Assembly (NCBI GenBank): GCA_964622925.1
Contig: CAZUSL010000181.1
Coordinates: forward strand, 785 to 64,784
DNA from: an uncultured Pseudohongiella sp.
GTDB taxonomy: Bacteria > Pseudomonadota > Gammaproteobacteria > Pseudomonadales > Pseudohongiellaceae
Direction of reading: 5' to 3'
DNA length: 64,000 nucleotides
Part shown: piece after piece, positions 35,280-46,316 of the stretch
How positions within the stretch are numbered: position 1 is the first letter of the stretch
Layout of the letters: the number at the start of each line of letters is the position of its first letter
The notes under the pieces: model-generated
Databases searched by the model: none
The model's input: only the letters and a program-made list of their open reading frames with translations
Told to the model about the DNA's origin: nothing
Translations under genes and position numbers: made by a program

Positions 35280-36149
35280 TCAGAAGAACGAGTAACTCAG
35301 AGAGAAGCTGTAAACGTCGGAAACCGCCGTGTTGCGCCCGTCGATCACTTTCGCCCAGGAACCGGAGAGGCTGACGGAATCGGACACGACGAAATTGATC
35401 GACGGCCCAAGCAGGTGGATGTCCTCCTCCAGATCTGGGAATCGTGCGGGCGAGAAAGGCGGAACGCCGATGTTCAGGCCGTCGGTGGCGTCTTCGATAT
35501 CGTAATTGAGGTTCAGGCTGACCTGGTTCGAAAGGAACAGGCCGGCGCGGAAGCGGTAGAACCAGTTCGCCGGAATGTCATGGGTGTCGGAGTCCCGGTT
35601 GCGGTAGCCGATTTCGCCGGAAACCGCGAAGCGGTCGCTGAGGAACTTGCCCGCCATCGCCGAAAGTTCGAAACCGTCGCCGCCGTCGCCGAGCGAGTTG
35701 ATCAGGCCGGTTTCGTAGTTTCCGGCGCGGATCAGCCCGGCGCGCAAGGCGATGCTTGGCAGGTCGGGATTGACGACTTCATCGGCGACGCGCCAGGTCA
35801 CGCCGATGTTGATGTCGGTCAAGTCGGAAATATCGGCTTTCGACGGCGGCAGTCCGGGGCCTACCGCGTAGCTGCTTTCCGCCCTGCCGAACTGGAAATC
35901 CAGCGCTACCGCGTCGGAAATCCCATAGCTTCCGTTAACCCAGACCGTTTGCTGGGACAATTCGTGTCCGCCGCCGGGTGTGGGCACTTTCGATTCCTGG
36001 CGAAAAAACTCGGTAGCGCTCTGGTCTACATAGGAAACACTGACGTTGCCGCCCTGTGGCGTCGGTAGCCAGGGCGAGCCGGCGGCCATCGCTTGCGAGG
36101 CAAAAAACGCCGCCATGGCGAGGGGTGCAATTCTGCTGAAGATCTTCAT
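35280..36149 (-). CDS. Putative outer-membrane beta-barrel protein
   Basis: ATG 36149 with an AGGAG RBS. Signal peptide MKIFSRIAPLAMAAFFASQAMA, an alternating amphipathic pattern, and a C-terminal ...SLSYSFF. Confidence 0.55.
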   Translation of the reverse strand: MKIFSRIAPLAMAAFFASQAMAAGSPWLPTPQGGNVSVSYVDQSATEFFRQESKVPTPGGGHELSQQTVWVNGSYGISDAVALDFQFGRAESSYAVGPGLPPSKADISDLTDINIGVTWRVADEVVNPDLPSIALRAGLIRAGNYETGLINSLGDGGDGFELSAMAGKFLSDRFAVSGEIGYRNRDSDTHDIPANWFYRFRAGLFLSNQVSLNLNYDIEDATDGLNIGVPPFSPARFPDLEEDIHLLGPSINFVVSDSVSLSGSWAKVIDGRNTAVSDVYSFSLSYSFF

Positions 36150-36217
36150 GACAATACTCCTGCTCAGACTTTCCGTCTGTCGTGTCGGTTTCTGTTGGAT
36201 CGCCGAAAGGTTTGCGA

Positions 36218-36586
36218 CTACAGCCGGAACCGGCGGGTCAGAAAGTAATGAACGAGCTCCTGTTCGTCCACTTCGCCGTTGCAGCCCGAAGCCGATGTTC
36301 CCGGACACAGTACCATAATGTTCTCATCGTCCGGCGTACCGGGCTTGACGGCCGCGTCCCGCGCCTCAAGGCTCGCGCGCAAGCTTTCGGCGCGGTTCCG
36401 GTCGAGATCGGAGGCCTGCAGCGGGCAGTCGGAACAGACGAGTTTCTGAAAAGTGAGCGCCTTGCCGAGCGTGTAGGCGTCTCTCGGATTGATCCCGCCG
36501 CCGGCGAGAATCGAACCGGAGGCGAAAACAGACGAGGAAAGGGCAAGCACTGCGCCAAGCAGCGCCGATCCAAACAGGTATTTCAT
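36218..36586 (-). CDS. Small secreted Cys-containing protein (122 aa)
   Basis: Signal peptide MKYLFGSALLGAVLALSSSVFA. Four Cys residues (CSDC, C..C). No family recognised. Confidence 0.5.
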   Translation of the reverse strand: MKYLFGSALLGAVLALSSSVFASGSILAGGGINPRDAYTLGKALTFQKLVCSDCPLQASDLDRNRAESLRASLEARDAAVKPGTPDDENIMVLCPGTSASGCNGEVDEQELVHYFLTRRFRL

Positions 36587-36708
36587 GGTAGTCCCCTTGT
36601 TTGCGGTTATTGCGATGGAATCCCCATACCGGAGATTCTGTTTTGCCGATTGAAACGGGGGCGATTATAACCGCCCGTCGGCGGCCAGGATAGTCCTAGC
36701 GGCGGCCG

Positions 36709-38838
36709 TCACTTTCGCTGTCTTCGGAAATGGCCTTCGAGCCAGGGGAAGACCCATTCCGGCATGTGCGCCTTGCGCCATGCGTTGGCGGCGAACTTGT
36801 TGGCTTCGAGCATGGTCGGATAGATATGCGTCGCCGCGGCGATCTTGCCGAGGCCCATATCGTGGGTCATGGCGAGCACGAATTCGCCGATCAGGTCGCC
36901 GGCGTGCCGGCCGACGATGGTCGCGCCGAGGATGCGGTCCTTGCCCGGCGGCGTCAGCACCTTGACGAAACCCTCGTTTGCGCCGTCAGCCAGCGCGCGG
37001 TCGTGCAATTCGAGTTCGTAGCGGGTGACTTCCACCTCGATGCCGCGCTCCCCGGCTTCCTGCTCCGAAAGCCCGACCCGGGCGACTTCGGGATCGGTGA
37101 ACGTCGCCCATGGCACGGCCTTGTAGCTGACCTTGCGCCAGCCGCCGGCAAGGGCGTTCATCGCCGCGAACCAGGCCTGGTGCGAAGCCATGTGGGTGAA
37201 CTGGTAGGGGCCGGCAACATCGCCGCAGGCATAGATATTGGGGATGCTCGTTTGCAGGTACTGATTGACTTCGACCGCGCCGGTTCCCGTCAGCGGCACA
37301 TCGAGTTCTTCGAGTCCGAATCCTGCCGTGTTGGGCTTGCGGCCAAGCGCGAGCAGCACGCGGTCGAAGGAAATCCGCACTGTCTCGCCTTCGTGTTCGG
37401 CTTCCATGTATTGGCTGTCCCCGTCGCGGGCGAACCTGGTCACGCGGTGGCCGGTCAGCACTTCGATGCCCTGGCCACGGAACCGTTCCGTCATCAGTTC
37501 CGAAACCTCCGGGTCTTCCCGGATCATGATGCGCGGCGCCATTTCCACCTGGGTCACTTTGGCGCCGAGATTGCCGAATGCCTGAGACAACTCACAGCCG
37601 ATCGGTCCGCCGCCCACCACGAGCAGGCGCTCGGGCAGGCTTTGCAGATTCCAGACTGTATCCGAAGTCAGATAATCCACTTCGTCGAGCCCCGGAATCG
37701 GCGGAACGAGCGGCGCGGCGCCGGTGGCCAGAATGATCGAGCGGGTCGTGATCCTGCGCTCGCCGACGCGAATCGCATACGGCGATTCGATGAAAGCCTC
37801 GCCCGCGACGCATTCGACGCCTAACGATTCGAAGCGCTCGGGCGAATCGTGCGGCTCGATGCGGGCGACGATGTTGCGGACCCGCGCCATGACGGCGGGA
37901 AAATCGACCTTCGCGCCGGCGTCCCGCATACCGTACGCCGCCGCGTTGTCGATCAGATGCTTGACGTGACCGCTGCGCAGCAGCGACTTGCTCGGCACAC
38001 AGCCGGTATAGAGGCAGTCGCCCCCCATTCGATGTTTCTCGACGAGCACGACTTTCGCTTTCGCGCCCGCGACGATAAGCGATGCGACCAGACCGGCCGA
38101 GCCGCCGCCGATAACCACGGCATTGACGTCGAACTTGCGCGGCTTGCCGAATTGCCGGGCGATCTTGCGCCGTTGCAAGGCGCTGACGATGAACCGGGCC
38201 AGCAAGGGCGTGATTCCGACGAGGGCGATGGAAAACAGCACCGGACCGCTGACCAGTCCGGACAAGGACGTGATTTGCGCGAGCTCCGAGCCGGCATTGA
38301 CGAATACCGCCGTGCCGAGCAGCATGCCGGTCTGGCTGGCAATGTAGAAAGTTCCGACCTTGATCGGGGTTAGCGACATGAGCAGGTTGACCAGGAAATA
38401 CGGAAACAGCGGCACCATCCGGATCGTGAACAGATAGAAGCCGCCGTCCTTGCGGATGCCCCGATTGATCGGTTCGAGCAATCCGCCATAGCGGTTCTGG
38501 ACCCAGTCGTGGATCAGGGTGCGGGCGATCAGAAAGGCGAGGGTAGCGCCGACGCTGCTGGCGAAGGAGACGATTACCGTACCCCATAACAGGCCGAAAA
38601 GCGCACCGGCGAGCAAGGTCATGAGGAGGGCGCCGGGAATGGAGAAGGCCGCCATCACGACGTAGATTACAAAGTAGATCAGCGCCGAAAGAACGAAATT
38701 TTCGTCCTTGAATTCCTGCAGAACGCCGAGTTGCGATTGCACGAACTCAAGGCTGACGTAACGTTCGAGGTCGAATATAAAGTACGAGCCGAGCACGGCC
38801 GCAATGAGCAGGACGATGAGCAATCTGAATTTTTTCAT
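36709..38838 (-). CDS. Fusion protein: TVP38/TMEM64 (DedA-type) membrane domain plus FAD-dependent pyridine nucleotide-disulfide oxidoreductase
   Basis: ATG 38838 (the ORF track extends to 38949). The N-terminus has about 5 TM helices. This is followed by VVIGGGSAGL, the redox-active GGDCLYTGCVPSK and a second Rossmann motif LLVVGGGPIGCE, as in mercuric-reductase/Lpd-like enzymes. Confidence 0.85.
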   Translation of the reverse strand: MKKFRLLIVLLIAAVLGSYFIFDLERYVSLEFVQSQLGVLQEFKDENFVLSALIYFVIYVVMAAFSIPGALLMTLLAGALFGLLWGTVIVSFASSVGATLAFLIARTLIHDWVQNRYGGLLEPINRGIRKDGGFYLFTIRMVPLFPYFLVNLLMSLTPIKVGTFYIASQTGMLLGTAVFVNAGSELAQITSLSGLVSGPVLFSIALVGITPLLARFIVSALQRRKIARQFGKPRKFDVNAVVIGGGSAGLVASLIVAGAKAKVVLVEKHRMGGDCLYTGCVPSKSLLRSGHVKHLIDNAAAYGMRDAGAKVDFPAVMARVRNIVARIEPHDSPERFESLGVECVAGEAFIESPYAIRVGERRITTRSIILATGAAPLVPPIPGLDEVDYLTSDTVWNLQSLPERLLVVGGGPIGCELSQAFGNLGAKVTQVEMAPRIMIREDPEVSELMTERFRGQGIEVLTGHRVTRFARDGDSQYMEAEHEGETVRISFDRVLLALGRKPNTAGFGLEELDVPLTGTGAVEVNQYLQTSIPNIYACGDVAGPYQFTHMASHQAWFAAMNALAGGWRKVSYKAVPWATFTDPEVARVGLSEQEAGERGIEVEVTRYELELHDRALADGANEGFVKVLTPPGKDRILGATIVGRHAGDLIGEFVLAMTHDMGLGKIAAATHIYPTMLEANKFAANAWRKAHMPEWVFPWLEGHFRRQRK

Positions 38839-38840
38839 GA

Positions 38841-39977
<1,137 letters not shown>

Positions 39978-40035
39978 ATCCTGGCGGACAGCCCTTATCA
40001 TACGCCTCTGTTTTGTTCCCCCAGGAGTTTTTCCC

Positions 40036-40362
40036 ATGAGCGAAAACATCGTTCACGTATCCGACGCCAGTTTCGAGCAGGATGTATTGCAAGCCGAAGG
40101 TCCCGTACTCGTGGACTTCTGGGCGGAATGGTGCGGCCCCTGCAAGATGATCGCGCCGGTGCTTGAAGAACTGGCCGATGAATATCAGGGCAAGTTGAAA
40201 GTCTGCAAGATGGACGTGGACGCAAATACCGAAACCGCGCCCCGCTATGGCATCCGCGGCATCCCGACCCTGATCGTGTTCAACAACGGCGATGTGGCCG
40301 GCACCAAGGTCGGCGCCATGTCCAAATCGCAGTTATCGGCTTTCGTCGACGGCCTGATCTGA
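40036..40362 (+). CDS. trxA: Thioredoxin
   Basis: 108 aa with [16 protein letters not shown]. Confidence 0.95.
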   Translation: MSENIVHVSDASFEQDVLQAEGPVLVDFWAEWCGPCKMIAPVLEELADEYQGKLKVCKMDVDANTETAPRYGIRGIPTLIVFNNGDVAGTKVGAMSKSQLSAFVDGLI

Positions 40363-40387
40363 ACTTCGCGCGAACGCGGACCGGACC

Positions 40388-41464
40388 TCAGGCGGCGAGT
40401 GAACGGTCCGCGCCTTCCGTGGCGCAGGAACTGCCGCGAAGGATATCCTCCGCCATTTCCCTGGCAACCGATTCGGTGGAAACCTGCCGCTCGCCGGAAA
40501 GTCTGAGCACTTCCGCGAGCGTGGTTTCGATGCGCCCGATATGCGCGAGCCTTTCGCTCTCGCCGGATCGCAGCATCTGGTGGTGCGCTTCGATGATGCC
40601 GCCGGCGTTGACCAGGAAATCCGGGCAGTAAAGAATGCCCCGCCGGCGCAGGAGGTCACCGTCCGCTGGAGTGGCCAACTGGTTGTTGGCGGCGCCGCAG
40701 ACGATGCCGGCGCGCAGCCTGGGCACGCTGTCGGCGTTCCAGACCGCGCCCATGGCGCAGGGCGCCACGACGTCCACGGGCAGGAACAGCACTTCGTCGC
40801 TGCTTACGGGCAGCACGCCAAGTTCAGCGGCGGCACGCTCCAGATTCGCGGCATTGATGTCGGCGCCATATACGGTGGCGCCGTCTTCGATCAGCAAGCG
40901 CGCAAGCTTGAAACCGACATGGCCGAGTCCCTGTATCGAAATCGCAAGGCCATCGAGGCTGTCCTTCCCATGCAGGTGGCGCACCGCAGCGCGGACGCCG
41001 AGGAACACGCCATAGGCCGTGCTCGGTGACGGGTCTCCGCCATGCTCGTTGTCATCCAGACCGGCCACATACGGCGTTCTCCGGGCCATCGTGCGGATAT
41101 CCGCGACACTGGTGCCGACGTCTTCGGCCGTGATGTAGCGGCCGCCAAGGGAATGAACGAAATCTCCCATGGCTTCGAGCAGCTCCCGGGTTTTCTGCTT
41201 GTGAGGGTCGCCGATGATGATGGATTTGCCGCCGCCGAACGGCAGGCCCGCCAGGGCGGATTTGTGCGTCATTCCCCGCGATAGCCGCAATACGTCATGC
41301 AAAGCGTCCTCCTCGCTGGCGTAGGGGTACATGCGGCAGCCGCCGACGGCCGGCCCGAGCGCGCTGCTATGTACGGCGATAATCGCCTGCAGACCGGTTT
41401 GCCGATCGTTGTAAAAAGCGACCAGTTCATGTTCGCTGAACGAAGGATTGGAAAAGACGCTCAT
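40388..41464 (-). CDS. Leu/Phe/Val dehydrogenase family (leucine dehydrogenase-like)
   Basis: GPAVGGCRMYPY..MTHKSALAGLPFGGGKS and a GLGHVG Rossmann motif. Confidence 0.85.
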   Translation of the reverse strand: MSVFSNPSFSEHELVAFYNDRQTGLQAIIAVHSSALGPAVGGCRMYPYASEEDALHDVLRLSRGMTHKSALAGLPFGGGKSIIIGDPHKQKTRELLEAMGDFVHSLGGRYITAEDVGTSVADIRTMARRTPYVAGLDDNEHGGDPSPSTAYGVFLGVRAAVRHLHGKDSLDGLAISIQGLGHVGFKLARLLIEDGATVYGADINAANLERAAAELGVLPVSSDEVLFLPVDVVAPCAMGAVWNADSVPRLRAGIVCGAANNQLATPADGDLLRRRGILYCPDFLVNAGGIIEAHHQMLRSGESERLAHIGRIETTLAEVLRLSGERQVSTESVAREMAEDILRGSSCATEGADRSLAA

Positions 41465-41554
41465 CCGGGGCCCCCTGCCATATCTTAGAGGGCATATTCT
41501 CTCGGAAAAAACGGGGGAAATTTATTTAACTTAGTCGAGAAATTTCATATTATC

Positions 41555-41571
41555 TGCAAAAGTTATTTGCA
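41555..41571. promoter_or_regulatory. Palindrome TGCAAA-N5-TTTGCA in the ldh/lrp divergent region
   Basis: Perfect 6-bp arms inside AT-rich DNA between divergent genes. TTATCTGCA and TTATTTGCA half-repeats are 13 bp apart. Confidence 0.4.
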
Positions 41572-41594
41572 TATCCCAGAAAATCGGAATAACC

Positions 41595-42083
41595 ATGCCA
41601 CTTGAACTCGACAAGTACGATCAGGCCATCGTGAAATTGCTTCAGGCCGACGCAACGCTGAGCACGGCGGCCATCGCCGAGCGGGTGAATCTTTCCCAAT
41701 CGCCTTGCTGGCGCCGTATCAACCGGCTCGAACAGTCGGGTCTGATCAAGGGCCGCGTAGCCTTGCTCGACCGCGACGCCCTCGGCCTCGACGTGGTCGT
41801 TTTCGCTACCGTCAACCTGACTTCCACCGGACGCCAGAACCTGATCGCATTCGAGCGGAAAATCACCCGCCACGAAGAAATCGTCGAGTGCTATACCATG
41901 ACCGGCATCTGGGACTACATGCTGAAAATCGTCACCCGCGACATTCGCCATTACGAACATTTCATGCGCAACACGCTTGCCGCCAGCCCGCTGATCCGCG
42001 AACTGCACTCGCACATGGCCGTAACCGAAATCAAGAACGTCACCGAGTTGCCGCTTGGCGAAAAATTGGTCGGCCGCGCCTGA
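41595..42083 (+). CDS. Lrp/AsnC family transcriptional regulator
   Basis: LDKYDQAIVKLLQADATLSTAAIAERVNLSQSPCWRRINRLE is an HTH, followed by a RAM domain. Confidence 0.85.
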   Translation: MPLELDKYDQAIVKLLQADATLSTAAIAERVNLSQSPCWRRINRLEQSGLIKGRVALLDRDALGLDVVVFATVNLTSTGRQNLIAFERKITRHEEIVECYTMTGIWDYMLKIVTRDIRHYEHFMRNTLAASPLIRELHSHMAVTEIKNVTELPLGEKLVGRA

Positions 42084-42288
42084 GCGACTGTGATTGCTTG
42101 TTATCCATGAAACTTTGCATTACACTGCGCCCCAAAACCTTGGCCTTCAACCCCGGCCACAGGAATAAGCGCAGGGTTCCCCCTGCCGGCAAAATTCACT
42201 GAATTCAACCTCGTACCGGTCCACCGGTCCGAACTCATTTACAACTTCCATCCCGCAAGCCCCGCCGGATCAAAACGGTAACTCCTAC

Positions 42289-43548
42289 ATGAATCTGACA
42301 GAACTCAAACAGAAACCGATAGCAGAATTGCTCGACACGGCCCATGAAATGGGGCTCGACAACGTGGCGCGAACGCGCAAGCAGGACATTATCTTCTTCC
42401 TGCTCAAGCGGCACGCCCGGAACGGCGAAGACATCTACGGCGACGGCGTTCTCGAAATATTGCAGGACGGATTCGGTTTTCTGCGTTCGGCCGACTCGTC
42501 CTATCTCGCCGGTCCCGACGATATCTATGTTTCACCCAGCCAGATAAGACGGTTCAATTTACGCACGGGCGACACGATCTCCGGCAAGATCCGGCCCCCG
42601 AAAGACGGCGAGCGCTATTTCGCCCTGCTCAAGATCTCCGAAATCAACTTCAGTGGTCCCGACACCGCCAAGCACAAGATCCTTTTTGAAAACCTCACCC
42701 CGCTTTTTCCCCAGGACCGGCTCGGACTCGAAGTCGGCAACGGCAGCACCGAAGACCTCAGCGCCCGCATCATCGATCTCACCGCTCCCATCGGCAAGGG
42801 CCAGCGCGGCCTGATCGTATCGCCGCCCAAGGCGGGCAAGACCCTGATCCTGCAGAACATCGCCCAATCGATAACCCGCAATAATCCCGAATGCCGCCTG
42901 ATCGTGCTGTTGATCGACGAGCGGCCCGAGGAAGTCACCGAGATGCAGCGTTCGGTGCGCGGCGAAGTCGTGGCGAGCACTTTCGACGAGCCGCCGACGC
43001 GGCACGTACAGGTGGCCGATATGGTCATCGAGAAAGCCAAGCGCCTCGTCGAACACAAGGAAGACGTGGTCATTCTGCTCGATTCGATGACGCGCCTCGC
43101 GCGCGCCTACAACACCACCGTGCCTTCTTCCGGCAAGGTGCTTACCGGCGGCGTCGACGCCCATGCCCTTGAGCGGCCGAAGCGGTTTTTCGGCGCCGCG
43201 CGCAACCTCGAAGAGGGCGGCAGTCTCACGATTATCGCCACCGCCCTGATTGAAACCGGCTCGAAGATGGACGAAGTGATCTACGAGGAGTTCAAGGGCA
43301 CCGGCAACATGGAACTCCACCTCGACCGCAAGATCGCCGAGAAGCGCGTTTATCCCGCGATCAACGTGCGTCGCTCCGGCACGCGCCGCGAAGACCTGCT
43401 TACCACGGAAGAGGAACTGCAACGCATGTGGATTCTGCGCAAGCTCCTTTCCTCGATGGAAGACGTGCAGGCGACGGAATTCATACTCGACAAGTTGAAG
43501 AACACCAAGACCAACGAGGAATTCTTCAAGTCCATGCGGCGTACGTAG
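42289..43548 (+). CDS. rho: Transcription termination factor Rho
   Basis: MNLTELK...[29 protein letters not shown] and 419 aa length. Confidence 0.97.
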   Translation: MNLTELKQKPIAELLDTAHEMGLDNVARTRKQDIIFFLLKRHARNGEDIYGDGVLEILQDGFGFLRSADSSYLAGPDDIYVSPSQIRRFNLRTGDTISGKIRPPKDGERYFALLKISEINFSGPDTAKHKILFENLTPLFPQDRLGLEVGNGSTEDLSARIIDLTAPIGKGQRGLIVSPPKAGKTLILQNIAQSITRNNPECRLIVLLIDERPEEVTEMQRSVRGEVVASTFDEPPTRHVQVADMVIEKAKRLVEHKEDVVILLDSMTRLARAYNTTVPSSGKVLTGGVDAHALERPKRFFGAARNLEEGGSLTIIATALIETGSKMDEVIYEEFKGTGNMELHLDRKIAEKRVYPAINVRRSGTRREDLLTTEEELQRMWILRKLLSSMEDVQATEFILDKLKNTKTNEEFFKSMRRT

Positions 43549-43576
43549 GCCGCGCAGCCTGTCGCAAGGCCGGGCC

Positions 43577-45043
43577 ATGGCATTCAGGGACCTGCGTGAT
43601 TTCATCGCCATGCTCGAAGAGCGGGGCGAACTCAAGCGCATTTCCGCCGAGGTGGATCCGGCTCTCGAAGTCACGGAAATCAGCGACCGCAGCTTGCGCG
43701 CCGGCGGGCCGGCCTTGCTGTTCGAGAATCCGAAAGGATCGAAGTTCCCATTGCTCGCCAACCTGTTCGGGACCACGCGCCGCATCGCCCTGGCCATGGG
43801 CCGCGAAGACCTCGAAGGCCTGCGCGAAGTAGGCAAGTTGCTCGCCTTCCTGCGCGAGCCTGCCCCGCCGAAGGACTGGAAAGACCTCTGGGAAAACCTG
43901 CCCAATTATCGCCGCGCCTTGCATGTAAGCCCGGCGGTGAAGAAGTCCGCGCCCTGCCAGGAGATCGTCATCGAAGGCGATGATGTCGACATCGGCATGT
44001 TTCCGGTGCAGACCTGCTGGCCGGAGGACGCGGCGCCGCTCGTGACCTGGCCCCTGGTCATTACCCGCGGGCCGGAAAAGGAGCGGCAGAATCTCGGCAT
44101 CTATCGCATGCAGGTGCTCGGGCGCAACAAGCTGATCATGCGCTGGCTGCCCCATCGTGGCGGCGCGCTCGATTTCCGCGACTGGAAGGCGCGCCATCCG
44201 GGACAGCCGTTCCCGGTTTCGATCGCTCTCGGCGCCGATCCGGCGACGATTCTGGCCACGGTGACGCCGGTTCCCGACACGCTTTCCGAATACGCGTTCG
44301 CCGGTTTGCTGCGCGGCAGCAAAACCGAAGTGGTGAAGTCGATCGGCAATGACCTTCAGGTGCCGGCGAGCGCGGAGATCGTGCTTGAAGGTTCGATCGA
44401 TCCCGGGGAAACCGCCGAGGAAGGACCCTTTGGCGATCACACGGGCTATTACAACGAGGTCGAGACCTTCCCGGTATTCACGATCGAACGCATTACCCAT
44501 CGTCCCGATCCGATTTATCACAGCACCTACACCGGCAAGCCGCCCGACGAGCCGTCGATGCTCGGCGTGGCATTGAACGAGGTATTCGTGCCGCTGTTGC
44601 AGAAGCAATTTCCGGAGATCGTGGATTTCTGGCTGCCGCCCGAGGCCTGTTCCTACCGGGTGGCGGTGGTCAGTCTCAAGAAGCAATATCCGGGTCACGC
44701 CAAGCGCGTGATGATGGGCATGTGGTCGTTCCTGCGCCAGTTCATCTATACGAAGTTCGTCATCGTGGTGGACGAGGACATCGATATCCGAAGCTGGGAA
44801 GAGGTGATCTGGGCGATTTCCACGCGGATGGACCCGATTCGGGATACGGTGCTGATCGACAACACGCCGATCGATTACCTGGATTTCGCTTCGCCGGTGG
44901 CCGGACTCGGCTCGAAGATGGGGCTGGACGCGACGAGCAAATGGCCGGCGGAAACCCAACGCGAATGGGGTAGGCCGATCAGGATGAGCGAGGAAGTCAA
45001 AGCCAGAATCGATGAGTTATGGCCTCTTCTAGGCCTCGACTGA
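43577..45043 (+). CDS. ubiD: 4-hydroxy-3-polyprenylbenzoate decarboxylase
   Basis: [29 protein letters not shown] and [11 protein letters not shown]. Confidence 0.93.
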   Translation: MAFRDLRDFIAMLEERGELKRISAEVDPALEVTEISDRSLRAGGPALLFENPKGSKFPLLANLFGTTRRIALAMGREDLEGLREVGKLLAFLREPAPPKDWKDLWENLPNYRRALHVSPAVKKSAPCQEIVIEGDDVDIGMFPVQTCWPEDAAPLVTWPLVITRGPEKERQNLGIYRMQVLGRNKLIMRWLPHRGGALDFRDWKARHPGQPFPVSIALGADPATILATVTPVPDTLSEYAFAGLLRGSKTEVVKSIGNDLQVPASAEIVLEGSIDPGETAEEGPFGDHTGYYNEVETFPVFTIERITHRPDPIYHSTYTGKPPDEPSMLGVALNEVFVPLLQKQFPEIVDFWLPPEACSYRVAVVSLKKQYPGHAKRVMMGMWSFLRQFIYTKFVIVVDEDIDIRSWEEVIWAISTRMDPIRDTVLIDNTPIDYLDFASPVAGLGSKMGLDATSKWPAETQREWGRPIRMSEEVKARIDELWPLLGLD

Positions 45044-45044
45044 C

Positions 45045-46316
45045 TCAAGATTCTTCGCGCTGAGGTGGGGTCGGTGTTGGCTGTGGCAGGTCGGGTAATG
45101 GTTCGGCGGCGAGTGTACGGTATTGGGCCAGGTGGGTTTTGGCGGCTGCTGATTCGGCGAGGTTTTCGAGCAGGCGGCTGAGTTCGCCGTGGGCGGCGGC
45201 TGTGGGTTTGGCGGCGATGCTGGCTTGCAGGTACTCCTTTGCCTTGCCCCATAGTTCGTTGCGGAGGCAGAGGCGGCCGAGGGCGAGTTGCAGGCCTGGG
45301 TCTTCCTTGTGTTTTTCTAGCCATTCTTCGGCGAGATTCAGGCGGCGCATGTCGTCGCCGAGGGGCAGGCTGCCGTAGAGATCGATCAATTCGCTGTTCC
45401 ATTGTGCGGCCAAAGCTTGTTCGATGGCGGCCGCGGCTTCTTTTCCTCCTTCCTGGTGCAAGGCGAGCCTGGCATAGTGGCTGACCAGTGCGGGTGACTG
45501 GTGGAAATCGGCCGGCGCCTTTTTCCACATTTGCCGCAATGTGGCGAGGCTTTCTTTGCGGTCGAGGCTGGCGTCGCGTCCTATCCCGGCGGCATGCAGG
45601 CGCTGGGCGAAAATGTGCCGGCGCAGGCGGAGCAGTTCGGCTTCGTCGAGCATCTTGTTGCGTTCGAGCGTCGGCAGCAGTTTTTCCAGTTCGTCCCAGT
45701 CTTCGAGATCGATATAGACCTGTTTGAGCAGGCCGAGGAGGGAGGCGTCGTTGAGTACCGACTTGCGCAGGTTGTTGATGGTCTTCAGCGCCTGGTCGGA
45801 ATGACCGCCATGTTGCAGCAGGTGCGCGCGCACGATTCCCACGGTCGAACGCGCGTGCGGATAGCGCCTTTCCGCGGTTTCCAGGGAATTGGTCCAGAGT
45901 TCGGGCTGATTGAGCTTGTTCGCGGCGTATGCAGCCGCGAGAAAGTTGACGACATTCGCTTCACGCTCGCGGCTGCCTTGCATCAGCAGGTTGTAGGCCG
46001 ATTGCCAGTTGCCGCGGAACAGGGCCAGCATGCCTTCCTCGGTCTTGCCGCGGCGGCCGGCGCTGAACAGGCTGCCGACCCGCCGGCTTGCGCACACCAG
46101 TTGCCAGGGATTGATCCAGTCGAGCAGCATTCGCAGCAGGCGGTAGATCAGGTAGATGACCACTGCCGCCAGCACCAGCGCCAGGAGACTCGTTTCGAAG
46201 GTGTAGTCGCCGAAAGCGACCAGCAGATAGCCGGGGTCGGCGGGCAGGTCCAGGAATACGATGGCGAGCAGCGCGAGGACGATGGCCGCCAGGGCGTAGA
46301 CGAACAGCCGGATCAT
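45045..46316 (-). CDS. hemY: HemY-like TPR membrane protein
   Basis: Two N-terminal TM helices plus TPR-like repeats. It is last in the hemCDXY order and has an ATGA overlap with hemX. Confidence 0.8.
   Translation of the reverse strand: MIRLFVYALAAIVLALLAIVFLDLPADPGYLLVAFGDYTFETSLLALVLAAVVIYLIYRLLRMLLDWINPWQLVCASRRVGSLFSAGRRGKTEEGMLALFRGNWQSAYNLLMQGSREREANVVNFLAAAYAANKLNQPELWTNSLETAERRYPHARSTVGIVRAHLLQHGGHSDQALKTINNLRKSVLNDASLLGLLKQVYIDLEDWDELEKLLPTLERNKMLDEAELLRLRRHIFAQRLHAAGIGRDASLDRKESLATLRQMWKKAPADFHQSPALVSHYARLALHQEGGKEAAAAIEQALAAQWNSELIDLYGSLPLGDDMRRLNLAEEWLEKHKEDPGLQLALGRLCLRNELWGKAKEYLQASIAAKPTAAAHGELSRLLENLAESAAAKTHLAQYRTLAAEPLPDLPQPTPTPPQREES

Noticed and set aside
36730-38587. 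ORFs 36730..37824 (+) and 37592..38587 (-, alternative frame) within the DedA-flavoprotein gene
   Set aside because: These are shadow or alternative frames. Only the 36709..38838 frame gives Rossmann and CxxxxC motifs.
42559-44959. Antisense ORFs 42559..43905 and 43526..44959 opposite rho and ubiD
   Set aside because: rho and ubiD are unmistakable, and the antisense frames are low-complexity.
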